From the NCBI GenBank assembly GCA_965218295.1, contig CBDCKN010000009.1, positions 1-64,000 on the forward strand: a stretch of DNA of 64,000 nt, in the 5' to 3' direction. Positions within the stretch are counted from its first letter, which is position 1, and every line of letters begins with the position of its first letter. Positions 20,567 through 30,917 of the stretch are shown one piece after another. A program made the translations under genes and the position numbers. The DNA is from Longimicrobiales bacterium (GTDB lineage: Bacteria; Gemmatimonadota; Gemmatimonadetes; Longimicrobiales; Gaopeijiaceae). The notes beneath the pieces were generated by a model. That model worked only from the letters and a program-made list of their open reading frames with translations. It made no database searches and was not told where the DNA came from.

Positions 20567-21382
20567 ATGAATCTCAGCTACCGGTTGACGCCGTGGGTCA
20601 AGCGGCTGCTGATCGCCAATACCGTCGTTTTCATCCTGACCTGGATCGTCGGCCGCAGCTTCGTCTTCAACTGGTTCTCCTTCCAGCCCTCCGAGGTGCT
20701 GTTCCGCCCCTGGGGCGCCGTGACCTACATGTTCCTCCACGGCGACTTCTGGCATCTCTTCATGAACATGCTGGTGCTGTTCTTCTTCGGGCCTCCCCTC
20801 GAGTCCAAGTGGGGATCCAGGGAGTTCATCAAGTACTACATGATCTGCGGGCTCGGGGGCGTCGCCCTGAGCTTTTTCTTCGTCTCCTACTCCATCATAG
20901 GCGCGTCGGCGGCGGTCTACGGCATCATGCTGGCCTTCGCCATGACGTGGCCCGAGGCGCCCATCTACGTCTGGGGCATCTTCCCCGTGAAGGCCAAGTG
21001 GTTGGTGGCGTTCCTCTTCGTCGTGACCTTTTCCAGCGCGTTCGGGGGAGCGGCCGGCGGTGTGGCGCACTTCGCCCACCTGGGCGGCTTCATCACCGGC
21101 TTCCTCTACCTGAAGACCGACTGGAAGGCGGCGGAGCAGATTCAGAAGATAGGCAGGGCCGCCCGGGCCAGACGCTTCGCCATCGTGCCCCGGGACGAGA
21201 GCGAGGACAAGGCCAGCGGACGGCGTCGAGGACGTGACGCCGAGGCCGATGTGAGAGAGAACACGATGTTGGATGCGGTCGACAGGGTCCTGGACAAGAT
21301 CTCTGCCGAGGGGATGAGTTCACTCACGGAAGACGAGAGAAAGCTTCTCGATGAGGTCTCCAAGAAACACCGCACGAACTGA
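20567..21382 (+). CDS. Rhomboid intramembrane serine protease with soluble C-terminal tail
   Basis: HLFMNM, GASAA, AHLGG and tail VDRVLDKIS..G..SLT. Confidence 0.92.
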   Translation: MNLSYRLTPWVKRLLIANTVVFILTWIVGRSFVFNWFSFQPSEVLFRPWGAVTYMFLHGDFWHLFMNMLVLFFFGPPLESKWGSREFIKYYMICGLGGVALSFFFVSYSIIGASAAVYGIMLAFAMTWPEAPIYVWGIFPVKAKWLVAFLFVVTFSSAFGGAAGGVAHFAHLGGFITGFLYLKTDWKAAEQIQKIGRAARARRFAIVPRDESEDKASGRRRGRDAEADVRENTMLDAVDRVLDKISAEGMSSLTEDERKLLDEVSKKHRTN

Positions 21383-21491
21383 GCGGGCTCCGCCCGATCA
21401 CTGAGGTCTCGCCTTCCGAGACCGTAGACACAATCACCGTCCCCAACAAGAGACAAAACCCTAACGAACGAGATTCAGACAGGAGGTGTTC

Positions 21492-23591
21492 ATGGCGTCC
21501 GCCAGAGAGTATACGACGGACAACATCAGGAACGTCGTGGTCCTGGGCCACGGCGGAGCCGGCAAGACCAGCCTCATCGACTCCCTCTGCTACACGGCGG
21601 GGACCTCGAAGCGCAAGGGCAACGTGGACGAGGGTCACGCCCTCACCATGTACACGCCCGAAGAGGCTGCCCACGAGATGTCCCTGCAGTGCACGCCGGC
21701 GTACTGCGAGCACATGGGCACCAAGATCAACCTCCTGGACACGCCCGGGTTCATGGACTTCGTGGGCGAGACGCTGTCCGCCGTCCGTGTCGCCGACTCC
21801 GCGGTCATTGTCGTCAGCTCCACCTCCGGCGTGGAGGTGGGCACGGAGACGGTCTGGGAGTACGTCGAAAACCGGGGCATCCCCCGGTTCTTTTTCGTCT
21901 CCATGATGGACAAGGAGCACGCCTCCTTCGAACGGGTCTACGGCGAGATCAAGTCCCGCCTGACCCAGAAGGTGGTCCCGGTGGAGATCCCCATCGGCGA
22001 GGGTCCCGACTTCCGCGGCATCATCAACCTCTTCAGTGAGCGCGCCCACATCTACAGGAAGGGCACCGAGAAGGGCGAGTACGACGAGGCCGACATCCCC
22101 GAGGAGCTTCAGGCGAAGTTCGAGGAGTGGGAGACGGAGCTGCAGGAGACGTTGGCCACCACCAACGAAGACCTCCTCGAGCGCTACCTCGAGGGCGAGA
22201 AGATCACCCGGGAAGAGGCCATCGAGGCCATGGCCCTGGGCGTCGCGCGCGGTGACGTGATCCCCCTTTTCTGCGGCTCGGCCGAGCACTCGTACGGGAT
22301 GCAGGCACTGCTCAAGAAGCTCGTCGAACTCTGCCCCAGCCCGGCCGAGACCGGCGGCGAGATCGCCAGGAGGGCCGGCATGGATGAAGAGGTCCACCTC
22401 TCTCCGTCCGACGACGAGACCTTCTCGGCTCTCATCTTCAAGACGGCTTCCGAGCCCCAGGTGGGGGAGCTCTCCTACTTTCGGGTGGTGAGCGGCAGCG
22501 TGGCCAACGGGGCCGAGGTCAAGAACGGGGAGCGGGGAAGCGCGGAGAAGCTGAACCACCTCTCCATCCCCCTGGGCAAGGATAGGGCCGAGGTCCCGAG
22601 GCTCCACGCGGGCGACATCGGGGTGGTGGCGAAGCTCAAGAACTCGCACACGAACGACACCCTTACCGACCCGTCTCGCCCAGTGGTCCTCGAGAAGATC
22701 GAGCTGCCCGAGCCCGACATCGCCGTGGCGATCCGGGGCACGGCCCGGCAGGACGAGGACAAGCTGGGCGAGGTGCTACCCAAGCTCCACGAGGAGGACC
22801 CGACCTTCGTGGCCGAGTTCAATCCGGAGCTGGGCCAGACCATCGCCCGGGGGCTGGGCGAGCTGCACCTGGACGTCCAGATCGAGCGCATGAAGCGCAA
22901 GTACGGGGTCTCGGTGGAGACCGAGCAGCCCAAGATCCCCTACCGTGAGACCATCACGAAGGGCGCCCAGGGCCAGGGCCGTCACAAGAAGCAGTCGGGT
23001 GGCCGAGGCCAGTTCGGCGACTGCTGGATCCGCCTGAAGCCCCGCCTCCGGGGCGAGGGCTACGAGTTCAAGAACTCCATCAAGGGTGGGGTCATTCCCA
23101 CGAAGTACGTCCCCAGCGTGGACAAGGGCATCAAGGAAGCAGCCGGGCGCGGGGTGCTGGCGGGCTTCCCCGTGGTGGACTTCGAGGCGGAGTGCTATGA
23201 CGGCTCCTACCATTCGGTGGACTCGAGCGACATCGCCTTCAAGCTGGCCGGCTCCTCCGCCTTCAAGAAGGTGGCGGCGGACTGCGCCCCGGTGATCCTC
23301 GAGCCCATCACCAAGGTGGCCGTGACCACGCCCGACGACTACGTGGGCGACATCATGAGCGACATGAACCAGCGTCGCGGCAAGGTCCTGGGGATGGATC
23401 CCGTGGACGGCCGCACCACGGTGAGGGCGCTCGTTCCCGAGGCGGAGCTCTACAAGTACGCGACGTCGCTTCGCGCCATCACGCAGGGCAGGGCCCATCA
23501 CACCCGGACCTTCTCGGGGTACCAGCCCGTGCCAGCGCACGAGGTCTCGAAGGTGATTGCGGCCACGAAGGAGGCGGCGGGGGCCCACTAG
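21492..23591 (+). CDS. fusA: Elongation factor G paralog (EF-G2 type)
   Basis: GHGGAGKT, DTPG, GELHL, KQSGGRGQFG and DGSYHSVDS. Lacks RGITI and lies outside the str operon. AGGAGG SD. Confidence 0.92.
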   Translation: MASAREYTTDNIRNVVVLGHGGAGKTSLIDSLCYTAGTSKRKGNVDEGHALTMYTPEEAAHEMSLQCTPAYCEHMGTKINLLDTPGFMDFVGETLSAVRVADSAVIVVSSTSGVEVGTETVWEYVENRGIPRFFFVSMMDKEHASFERVYGEIKSRLTQKVVPVEIPIGEGPDFRGIINLFSERAHIYRKGTEKGEYDEADIPEELQAKFEEWETELQETLATTNEDLLERYLEGEKITREEAIEAMALGVARGDVIPLFCGSAEHSYGMQALLKKLVELCPSPAETGGEIARRAGMDEEVHLSPSDDETFSALIFKTASEPQVGELSYFRVVSGSVANGAEVKNGERGSAEKLNHLSIPLGKDRAEVPRLHAGDIGVVAKLKNSHTNDTLTDPSRPVVLEKIELPEPDIAVAIRGTARQDEDKLGEVLPKLHEEDPTFVAEFNPELGQTIARGLGELHLDVQIERMKRKYGVSVETEQPKIPYRETITKGAQGQGRHKKQSGGRGQFGDCWIRLKPRLRGEGYEFKNSIKGGVIPTKYVPSVDKGIKEAAGRGVLAGFPVVDFEAECYDGSYHSVDSSDIAFKLAGSSAFKKVAADCAPVILEPITKVAVTTPDDYVGDIMSDMNQRRGKVLGMDPVDGRTTVRALVPEAELYKYATSLRAITQGRAHHTRTFSGYQPVPAHEVSKVIAATKEAAGAH

Positions 23592-23626
23592 CGATCCCAA
23601 TCTGGAAAGCAGTCGGGAGGAGTACC

Positions 23627-24373
23627 GTGTCTGGACACAGCAAGTGGGCCACCATCAAGCGCAAGAAGGCGGCTACCGACGCCAAGCGCGGAAAGATGTT
23701 CACCAAGCTGATCCGAGAGATCACGGTGGCGGCCCGGGACGGCGGAGGAGACACCAACTTCAACCCGCGCCTGCGTCTGGCCGTGGACAACGCCAAGGCC
23801 GGTAACATGCCCACCGACAACATCACCCGGGCCATCAAGAAGGGCACGGGCGAGATCGAGGGCGTGACCTACGAGGAGGTGACGTACGAGGGCTACGGCC
23901 CGGCCGGCGTGGCCCTCTACATCGAGACTCTCACCGACAACCAGAAGCGGACCGTGGCCGACGTGCGCCACATCCTGTCCAAGCACGGCGGGAGTCTGGG
24001 GACGACGGGCTCCGTGGCGTGGCAGTTCCATCGGAAGGGCCAGATCTACGTGGACGCGAGCCGCCATACCGAAGACGCGGTCTTCGAGGCGGCCATCGAG
24101 GCCGGGGCCGACGACGTCAGCAACGAGGGCGATGAGTTCGTGGTGACCGCGGAAGCCACGGCGTTCCACGAGGTGCAGGAAGGCATGAAGGCCGCCGGCG
24201 TCGAGTTCGAGCGCGCTGAGCTCCATTGGGTGCCCCAGAACGAGGTCAGGGTGGAGGGGAAGAGCGCCGAGAAGCTCATCAAGCTGGTGGACGCCCTCGA
24301 GGACTGCGACGACGTCCAGCAGGTCTCGTCCAACGCCGACATCGACGAAGAGATCCTCGCCCAGGCCATGTGA
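23627..24373 (+). CDS. yebC: YebC/PmpR family protein
   Basis: MSGHSKWATIKRKK, YEGYGP and LEDCDDVQ. Confidence 0.97.
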   Translation: MSGHSKWATIKRKKAATDAKRGKMFTKLIREITVAARDGGGDTNFNPRLRLAVDNAKAGNMPTDNITRAIKKGTGEIEGVTYEEVTYEGYGPAGVALYIETLTDNQKRTVADVRHILSKHGGSLGTTGSVAWQFHRKGQIYVDASRHTEDAVFEAAIEAGADDVSNEGDEFVVTAEATAFHEVQEGMKAAGVEFERAELHWVPQNEVRVEGKSAEKLIKLVDALEDCDDVQQVSSNADIDEEILAQAM

Positions 24374-24402
24374 TGGCAGGACACCAGATGGCGGAACACT
24401 AG

Positions 24403-24894
24403 GTGGACGCCGAGCTCATACTGGGAATCGATCCGGGAACGGCCGTCACGGGCTACGGCGTTGTCGCCAGGACGGGCAGCAGCGCCCTTTCGTTGGTGGA
24501 GTGCGGCGTGGTGAGGACGTCGCCGGGTCAACCGCTGGCGGTCAGGATCAAGGAGATCTTCGGTGAGGTCGGCGAGCTCCTCGACCGCTTCACGCCGGCG
24601 GTGATGGTGGTGGAGGACGTTTTCCAGGGGAAGAACGTGAAGAGCGCCCTCACCCTGGGACACGCAAGGGGCGCCATTCTCCTGGCCGCGGCGCTCCGCG
24701 AGATTCCCATCGCCGAGTACACGCCCCGGGAGATCAAGAAGGCCGTGGTGGGAAACGGGAACGCGACCAAGGACCAGGTGGGCTTCATGGTGCAGCAGCA
24801 GCTCCGGCTCAAGACGGCTCCCACGCCATCCGACGCGGCCGACGGCGTAGCCGCGGCACTGTGCCACTGCGTCATGGGAGCGCTGAGGGTTTGA
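24403..24894 (+). CDS. ruvC: Holliday junction resolvase
   Basis: ILGIDPG, GHARG, KKAVVGNG.ATK and DAADG. Confidence 0.96.
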   Translation: MDAELILGIDPGTAVTGYGVVARTGSSALSLVECGVVRTSPGQPLAVRIKEIFGEVGELLDRFTPAVMVVEDVFQGKNVKSALTLGHARGAILLAAALREIPIAEYTPREIKKAVVGNGNATKDQVGFMVQQQLRLKTAPTPSDAADGVAAALCHCVMGALRV

Positions 24895-25481
24895 TCAGCC
24901 GTCTCAGGGGGAGGCTCGTCTCCCGGGAGCTCGACCACATCGAGGTGGAGACGGCCGGGGGCGTGGTCTACGAGGTGCAGATCCCCCTGTCGATCCTGGA
25001 GCGGCTGCCCAAGCCGCCGGCCGACGACTTCGAGATCCGCACCCTCCAGGTGGTCCGGGAGGAGTCCCTGACGCTCTACGGGTTCATCGAGGCCTTCGAG
25101 CGCGAGCTCTTCGCCCGGCTCCTGGGCGCGTCCGGGGTGGGGCCCAAGGTGGCCCTGGCCATGCTCTCCACCTACTCGGCCCGACGGCTGGCCAAGGCCC
25201 TGGCCGAGAAGGACGTGAACGCCCTGAAGCAGGTGAGCGGGGTGGGGAAGAAGACCGCCGAGCGCATCATCCTCGAGCTGGCCGACAAGGTGGAGGACCT
25301 GGCCATCGGGCCCGAAGGCGAGCCGGGAGGCCCGGCGCCCGGTGCCCAGGAGGCGGTGGCGGCGCTTGTGGCTTTGGGGTACGCGTTCGTTGACGCGGAC
25401 GCGGCGGTCCGGGGCGCTCTGGCCGACGGCGACGCCGGAAGCACCGACGATCTGATCCGCCGGGCATTGGCGAAGAGGTGA
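24891..25481 (+). CDS. ruvA: Holliday junction branch migration protein RuvA
   Basis: TTG start overlapping the ruvC stop. LYGF, GVGPKVAL and GVGKKTAERI. Confidence 0.95.
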   Translation: MISRLRGRLVSRELDHIEVETAGGVVYEVQIPLSILERLPKPPADDFEIRTLQVVREESLTLYGFIEAFERELFARLLGASGVGPKVALAMLSTYSARRLAKALAEKDVNALKQVSGVGKKTAERIILELADKVEDLAIGPEGEPGGPAPGAQEAVAALVALGYAFVDADAAVRGALADGDAGSTDDLIRRALAKR

Positions 25482-25523
25482 CGATGACCGGCGCTATGAC
25501 GGAAAGACGATGACCGAGGGACG

Positions 25524-26564
25524 ATGACAGAGCGACACGAGATCACCACGCCCGAGGCGCTTCAGGAAGACGCCGTTGCCGAGCCGTCTCTCCGGCCTCA
25601 GCGCCTGGACGAATTCATCGGCCAGGACAAGGTCCGGGAGACGCTGTCGATCGCCATCGAGGCCGCGAGGCAGCGCCGGGAGCCCCTGGACCACCTTCTC
25701 TTCCACGGCCCGCCGGGGCTGGGGAAGACCACACTGGCGTCCCTCATCGCCCGCGAGATGGGAGTCAACTTCAAGAGCACGTCGGGGCCCGTTCTGGAGA
25801 AGCCCGCGGACCTGGTGGGCATGCTCACCAACCAGCGGGAAGGGGACGTCCTCTTCATCGACGAGATGCACCGGCTGCGGCCCATCATCGAGGAGTTCCT
25901 GTACCCCGCCATGGAGGACTGGCGGGTGGAGATCCGCCTGGCCGACGGGCCCCGGGCCCAGACCATGACCATGGACATCGAGAAGTTCACGCTCGTGGGA
26001 GCCACCACTCGGTTCGGGCTCCTCACCGCGCCCATGCGGGCCCGCTTCGGCATCATCCAACGCCTGAACTTCTATCCGCCCGAAGAGTTGGCCGTGATCG
26101 TGGCTCGGAGCTCCGAGATCCTGGGCGTGGAGTGCTCGACGGTGGGAGCCCGGATCCTGGCCCGCAGGGCCCGGGGAACGCCACGGGTGGCCAACCGCCT
26201 GCTCCGCCGGGTCCGTGATTTTGCCGAAGTGAAGGTCGAGGGGATCATCACCGAGGCGGTGGCCGAGGAGGCCCTGGCCATGCTCGACGTGGACGAGTAC
26301 GGCCTGGACGAGATGGACACGCGCGTGCTCAAGACCCTCATCGAGAAGTTCGAGGGCGGCCCCGTAGGGCTCCACACCCTGGCCGTGGCGCTGGGGGAGG
26401 ATGTTTCCACGCTGGAGGAGGTGTACGAGCCGTTCCTTATCCAGGAGGGCTTTATCCAGAGGACGCCGCGGGGGCGGGTGGCGACGGTGCGGGCGTACAA
26501 GCGCTTCGGGTACACGGCGCCGCCGGGGGATGGGGCGGGAGGGCAGTCGTCGCTGTTCGACTGA
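25524..26564 (+). CDS. ruvB: Holliday junction helicase RuvB
   Basis: [25 protein letters not shown] and RTPRGR. Confidence 0.98.
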   Translation: MTERHEITTPEALQEDAVAEPSLRPQRLDEFIGQDKVRETLSIAIEAARQRREPLDHLLFHGPPGLGKTTLASLIAREMGVNFKSTSGPVLEKPADLVGMLTNQREGDVLFIDEMHRLRPIIEEFLYPAMEDWRVEIRLADGPRAQTMTMDIEKFTLVGATTRFGLLTAPMRARFGIIQRLNFYPPEELAVIVARSSEILGVECSTVGARILARRARGTPRVANRLLRRVRDFAEVKVEGIITEAVAEEALAMLDVDEYGLDEMDTRVLKTLIEKFEGGPVGLHTLAVALGEDVSTLEEVYEPFLIQEGFIQRTPRGRVATVRAYKRFGYTAPPGDGAGGQSSLFD

Positions 26565-26675
26565 GGGGGGGGTCGTCGTGCGCGGTTGGGCGTTTCTGCG
26601 GAAACGCGGGGGCGATTCGATGTGCCGATCGGCGGCTGGACGATTCCATGTGTCGTTGGGACGTGACGTAGGCGC

Positions 26676-27812
26676 GTGAGTCCGGGGTCGGCTCATCGGG
26701 TGAAGGACGGCTCACGGGTCTCGGACTACGAGTACGTGCTTCCTTCCGGGCGGATCGCCCGATACCCCACGGAGCGTAGGGATCAGAGCCGGCTGCTGGT
26801 GGCGCCTCGGGATGGCGGGCCGTTCGAGCACCGGCACTTCTCCGACCTCGTAAATCTTCTGGATCCCGGTGACGTTCTTGTCGTGAACGAGAGTCGGGTG
26901 GCTCCGGCACGGTTACTGGGGCGGAAGCCGACAGGAGCGCCTTCGGAGATTCTGTTGCTGCGCCCGTGGGCTGGTGGCGGGGGCGCCTCGGCGCTCGATA
27001 TGGCGGAGTCCTCCACTCCGGGTGCGGGCGACCAGGTCGACGGCGCGGAAGCGACGTTGTGGGAGGCGCTGGTTCGTCCTGGCGGGAAGCTGAAGCCGGG
27101 CCGCGTGGTGAACATCGCGCCGGGATTCGACGTCGAGATCGTGGACGGGGCGCCGGGGGGCGGTCGGATCGTGCGGCTCGTGGTGGAGGGGTCGGTCAGG
27201 GAGGCCCTGGAGAGGCACGGCCACGTGCCCCTTCCGCCCTACCTGGAGCGGGAAGACGAGCCGCTGGACCGGGAGCGCTATCAGACCGTGTACGCCCGAG
27301 TGCCAGGATCGGTGGCGGCGCCCACGGCGGGGCTGCACTTCACGCCCGAGCTGCTGGAAGAGATCGAGGCGAAAGGGGTGCAGCGGGTGGCGGTCACGCT
27401 GGACGTGGGGGTGGGGACTTTCCGACCCGTTGAGGTGGACGATCCGGCCGAGCACGAGATTCCTGCCGAGCGGTACTTCATCCCGGCCGAGGCGGCGGGG
27501 GCGATCAACGACGCACGGGCGGGGGGGCAGAGGATCTGGGCGGTGGGCACCACCGTGGTGCGCACGCTCGAGAGTGCGGCCTGCGAGGGGGTGGTGGGGG
27601 CGGGGGGCGGGGTGACGGACCTGTTCGTTCGGCCGGCCTACACGTTTCAGGTGGTGGACGGGCTCGTTACGAACTTCCACCTGCCGAGGTCGACGCTCCT
27701 GATGCTGGTGGCCGCGTTTGGCGGGTACGAGAGGACGATGGAGGCTTACGGGGAGGCGATCCGGGAGGGGTACCGGTTCTACTCGTACGGGGATGCCATG
27801 GCGGTGGGGTGA
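26676..27812 (+). CDS. queA: tRNA preQ1 SAM ribosyltransferase-isomerase
   Basis: PLPPY, YQTVYA, AAPTAGLHF, TNFHLP and YRFYSYGD. Confidence 0.97.
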   Translation: MSPGSAHRVKDGSRVSDYEYVLPSGRIARYPTERRDQSRLLVAPRDGGPFEHRHFSDLVNLLDPGDVLVVNESRVAPARLLGRKPTGAPSEILLLRPWAGGGGASALDMAESSTPGAGDQVDGAEATLWEALVRPGGKLKPGRVVNIAPGFDVEIVDGAPGGGRIVRLVVEGSVREALERHGHVPLPPYLEREDEPLDRERYQTVYARVPGSVAAPTAGLHFTPELLEEIEAKGVQRVAVTLDVGVGTFRPVEVDDPAEHEIPAERYFIPAEAAGAINDARAGGQRIWAVGTTVVRTLESAACEGVVGAGGGVTDLFVRPAYTFQVVDGLVTNFHLPRSTLLMLVAAFGGYERTMEAYGEAIREGYRFYSYGDAMAVG

Positions 27813-27825
27813 GGGGGGGGGCTAT

Positions 27826-27856
27826 ACCCGGCCCTCCATCGGCTGGAGGGCCAGGG
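27826..27856. terminator. GC hairpin between convergent queA and thiolase genes
   Basis: GGCCCTCCA-TCGGC-TGGAGGGCC stem. No clear U-tract. Confidence 0.5.
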
Positions 27857-27868
27857 TGGCGTTCGGCG

Positions 27869-29128
27869 CTACACATCCCGCTCGAGGATCATGGCCGACG
27901 CCTGGGCGCCCGCTGCACAGATGCTCACGAGCCCGTATCTGGCGTTACGACGCTTCATCTCGTTGGCCAACGTCGTGACGATCCGGGCTCCCGTGGCGGC
28001 AAACGGATGGCCGACCGCAATGGAGCTTCCGAGCTTGTTCAGCTTGTCCCGATCGACGGCTCCGATCGCCGGCTCCTTCCACCCCTGCTCCCACGCGCGC
28101 AGGTTGCACGCGACCTGTCCGCCGAACGCTTCGTGCATCTCGATCATGTCCAGATCGGAGAGGGTGAGGCCGGTGCGCTGAAGGAGCCGTGGCACCGCGA
28201 CGCCCGGACCCATGAGCAAGCCGTCCTCAGGGTCGATCGCCGCGTACTCGAAGTCCTTCACGAACGCGAGTGGCTCCCGATCTTCGTGGCGGGCTCGAGC
28301 TTCCGACATGAGCAACACCGCGGCCGCGCCGTCCGTCAGTGGACTCGAGTTGCCCGCGGTGAGCGTCCCCGTGGGACTGCGATCGAACACCGGCGACAGC
28401 TTGGCCAGCTTCTCCATCGAGGTGTCGGGCCTGATGAACAGGTCGTGATCGAACCCGTCGAGGGGGTGGATCTCGGCCTTCAGACGGCCGTCTTCCGTCG
28501 CCCGGTGCGCGTTCAGGTGACTGCGATAGGCGATCTCGTCCTGCTCCTCCCGCGGGATCTTCCACTCCTTGACCATGAGCTCGGTGTGCTCGCCCATCGA
28601 CAAGCCGGTGGACGGCTCCTGGACGCCGGGAGCATGAGGCTTGAAATCTCCGGGGCGCAGTCGTGCAAAGAGGCGGAGACGCTGCCCGAACGTCTTGGCC
28701 GCTGCGGCGTCGAGGAAGATGCGACTCGCCCGTTTGCCGAACAGCAGAGCCGGGTTGGACATCGATTCTACTCCGCCCGCGATCCCGATCTCGGCGCGGC
28801 CGGCAACGATCGAGTCAGCGATCGCGGAGATCGCCGACGTCCCCGTGATGCAGTTGTTCGTGAGGGTGAGCGCCTGCACCGCGGGCGGTAGGTTGCTGGA
28901 GAAGACGATGTCCCCGGCGAGGTGGGGGATCCGTGCGTCGACGACGGTAATTCCGAACGCCAGCTCCCCGATCGACTGCGGATCGAGGCTCTGCCTAGCC
29001 AGCAAGCCGTCCACCGCGTGAACGCCCAGGTCGAGCGCCGAGTACTTCCGGAACACGGTGCCCGCCCTGGCGAACGGCGTGCGCGCGCCGCCCACAACGG
29101 CCACCCGAACCGATCTGTCGTGCGTCAT
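27869..29128 (-). CDS. Acetyl-CoA C-acyltransferase (FadI-like thiolase)
   Basis: RTPF, NCITG, AGNSSPLTDGA, HEAF, GHPFAATG and CAAG. Confidence 0.92.
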   Translation of the reverse strand: MTHDRSVRVAVVGGARTPFARAGTVFRKYSALDLGVHAVDGLLARQSLDPQSIGELAFGITVVDARIPHLAGDIVFSSNLPPAVQALTLTNNCITGTSAISAIADSIVAGRAEIGIAGGVESMSNPALLFGKRASRIFLDAAAAKTFGQRLRLFARLRPGDFKPHAPGVQEPSTGLSMGEHTELMVKEWKIPREEQDEIAYRSHLNAHRATEDGRLKAEIHPLDGFDHDLFIRPDTSMEKLAKLSPVFDRSPTGTLTAGNSSPLTDGAAAVLLMSEARARHEDREPLAFVKDFEYAAIDPEDGLLMGPGVAVPRLLQRTGLTLSDLDMIEMHEAFGGQVACNLRAWEQGWKEPAIGAVDRDKLNKLGSSIAVGHPFAATGARIVTTLANEMKRRNARYGLVSICAAGAQASAMILERDV

Positions 29129-29150
29129 GAGGTCTCGCTCCTCTCCGGCG

Positions 29151-30892
29151 TCACAGTGCTATGACCACAGGGGTCGCGGGCTTGGAGCAGCAGATCAAGA
29201 CGTAGCCCTCATCAGGGGGGTCGAGAGGCTCGATGACGTACCGACCTCACCCTCCTCGATCCTGGCCACGCAGGTCTGACAGACCCCTGACCGGCAGCTG
29301 TAGTCGGGACTCAGGCCGTTCGCTTCGGCCAGGTCCAGGATGCTCTCGAACGACGGGTTCCAGTTCGCGCGCACCCCAGAAGTCGAGAACGTGACCTCCA
29401 GATCGGTGCAACATTCGGCGGCCCCGGCGGCGCGCTTCGGCGTGGCGACATTCGCTCGCTCCTTCAAGGCGGACGCGGGTCCGAAGAACTCATAGTGGAT
29501 CCGCAGTTCGGGGACTCCCCACGACAGCAATCCTTCGAAGAGCGATCGCATGAACCGGGTCGGGCCGCACAGATAGAAATCACACTTGTTGTCCGGTAGA
29601 AGACGCTCCAACAGGTCCGCGTCGACCCACCCGGTGTCGTCGTGGTCACGCCCAACGACATCCTCGGCGGACGGCTGGCTGTAGCGGATGTGCGCGTGGA
29701 TGTGGTCATGTTCCTCGGCGAGGCGCCGCACGGCGTCGCCCAGGGCGTGTTCCCGGCCGCATCGACTCCCGTGAACGAACCACGTCGGCCGCTTAGCGCC
29801 GACCGCGACGATGGCATTGAGCATGCTGATCATCGGCGTCTGACCGACGCCCGCACTCACGAGTGCTACGGGGGTCTCACGCTGTGGGTCGAGATAGAAA
29901 CGTCCGCGTGGCGCCTTCGCCGAAAGTGTGGCACCCACGTCCACGTGATCGTGGAAGTAGTTCGACGATACGCCTGGGTACGCGTTGGGGAGGTCGGGAG
30001 GCGCCGGCTCCCGCTTGATGGTCAGGCGATAGTGCTCGGCGCCTGGTCGGTCGGAAAGAGAATACGTTCGGAACACCGGCTCGTATTGGCCTGGGATGTT
30101 CAGCCGGAGCGGCAGGAACTGGCCCGGGAGAAACGCGTCCAAAGGCTCTCCGTCCTCCGCGGCGAGGTAGAACGACGTGATGGACTCGCTCTCCGGCACC
30201 TTTCCCGTAACGACAAAGGTTCGGTACTTCTCTTTGGACTTGGTCGCGCGCTGCGCGTTGGCCAACCGCTTTTCGAACGATTGCCGCCAGCCCGGTGACA
30301 GCGCCTCGATACGCAGCGCCGTTCTCGCGCCTGCCAAGTCGTCCTTGTCGAAATAGAGGAGGTTACTGACCTGACGGACGGTGAGCTCGACTGGATCGAG
30401 GCGAATGCGCTCGATGGCGTCGCCGGCCCCGACCTCGCCCTCCTCCAACACGCGGAAATAGAATCCGGGCCGCCCACTCTCGAGAATGCGGCTGTAGAAA
30501 TTCTCGATGCCGACCTTGATGGCGAGCTTGTAGCACGGCACCCGTGGCTGGGTCACCTGGAACAGCGCTGAGCCGATTCTGAAGACATCGCCGACGTGGA
30601 CATCTTCCTCCAACATCCCGTCGACGGTGAAGTTCTCACCGAAATGACCGAACTCGAACCCCGACTGACCGAGCTCGTGTTCCCAGTAGGCGTAGTTCTC
30701 GAGGGAGTAAACCAACACGGCCCTGAACGGGCCGCCATGGCCGATGAGGTCGGCCTGGCCGTCGCCGTCGATGTTGAGAGTGGCGACCCGTACGCGCCCC
30801 TCGACGGCCTCCTTGAAGATTCCGGTTCGGACGGTCTTGCCCTTGTGTGTGATTTCCCGGGGAAGCGAGACGTTCACGGACATGAGCTTCAT
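29151..30892 (-). pseudogene. MOSC / 3-alpha / FAD-NAD reductase / 2Fe-2S fusion protein, frameshifted in the ferredoxin domain
   Basis: QPRVPC, RTYSLS and SCRSGVCQTC. One base is missing near 29242; the shifted frame reads YVIEPLDPPDEGYVLICCSKP to the stop at 29151. Confidence 0.85.
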
Positions 30893-30917
30893 TCCCGCAC
30901 CTCCGGAGACCTCGGCA

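Noticed and set aside
25479..26675. GACGATGAC x3 between ruvA and ruvB, and CGATTCxATGTG x2 between ruvB and queA
   Set aside because: Short degenerate duplications with no supportable function.
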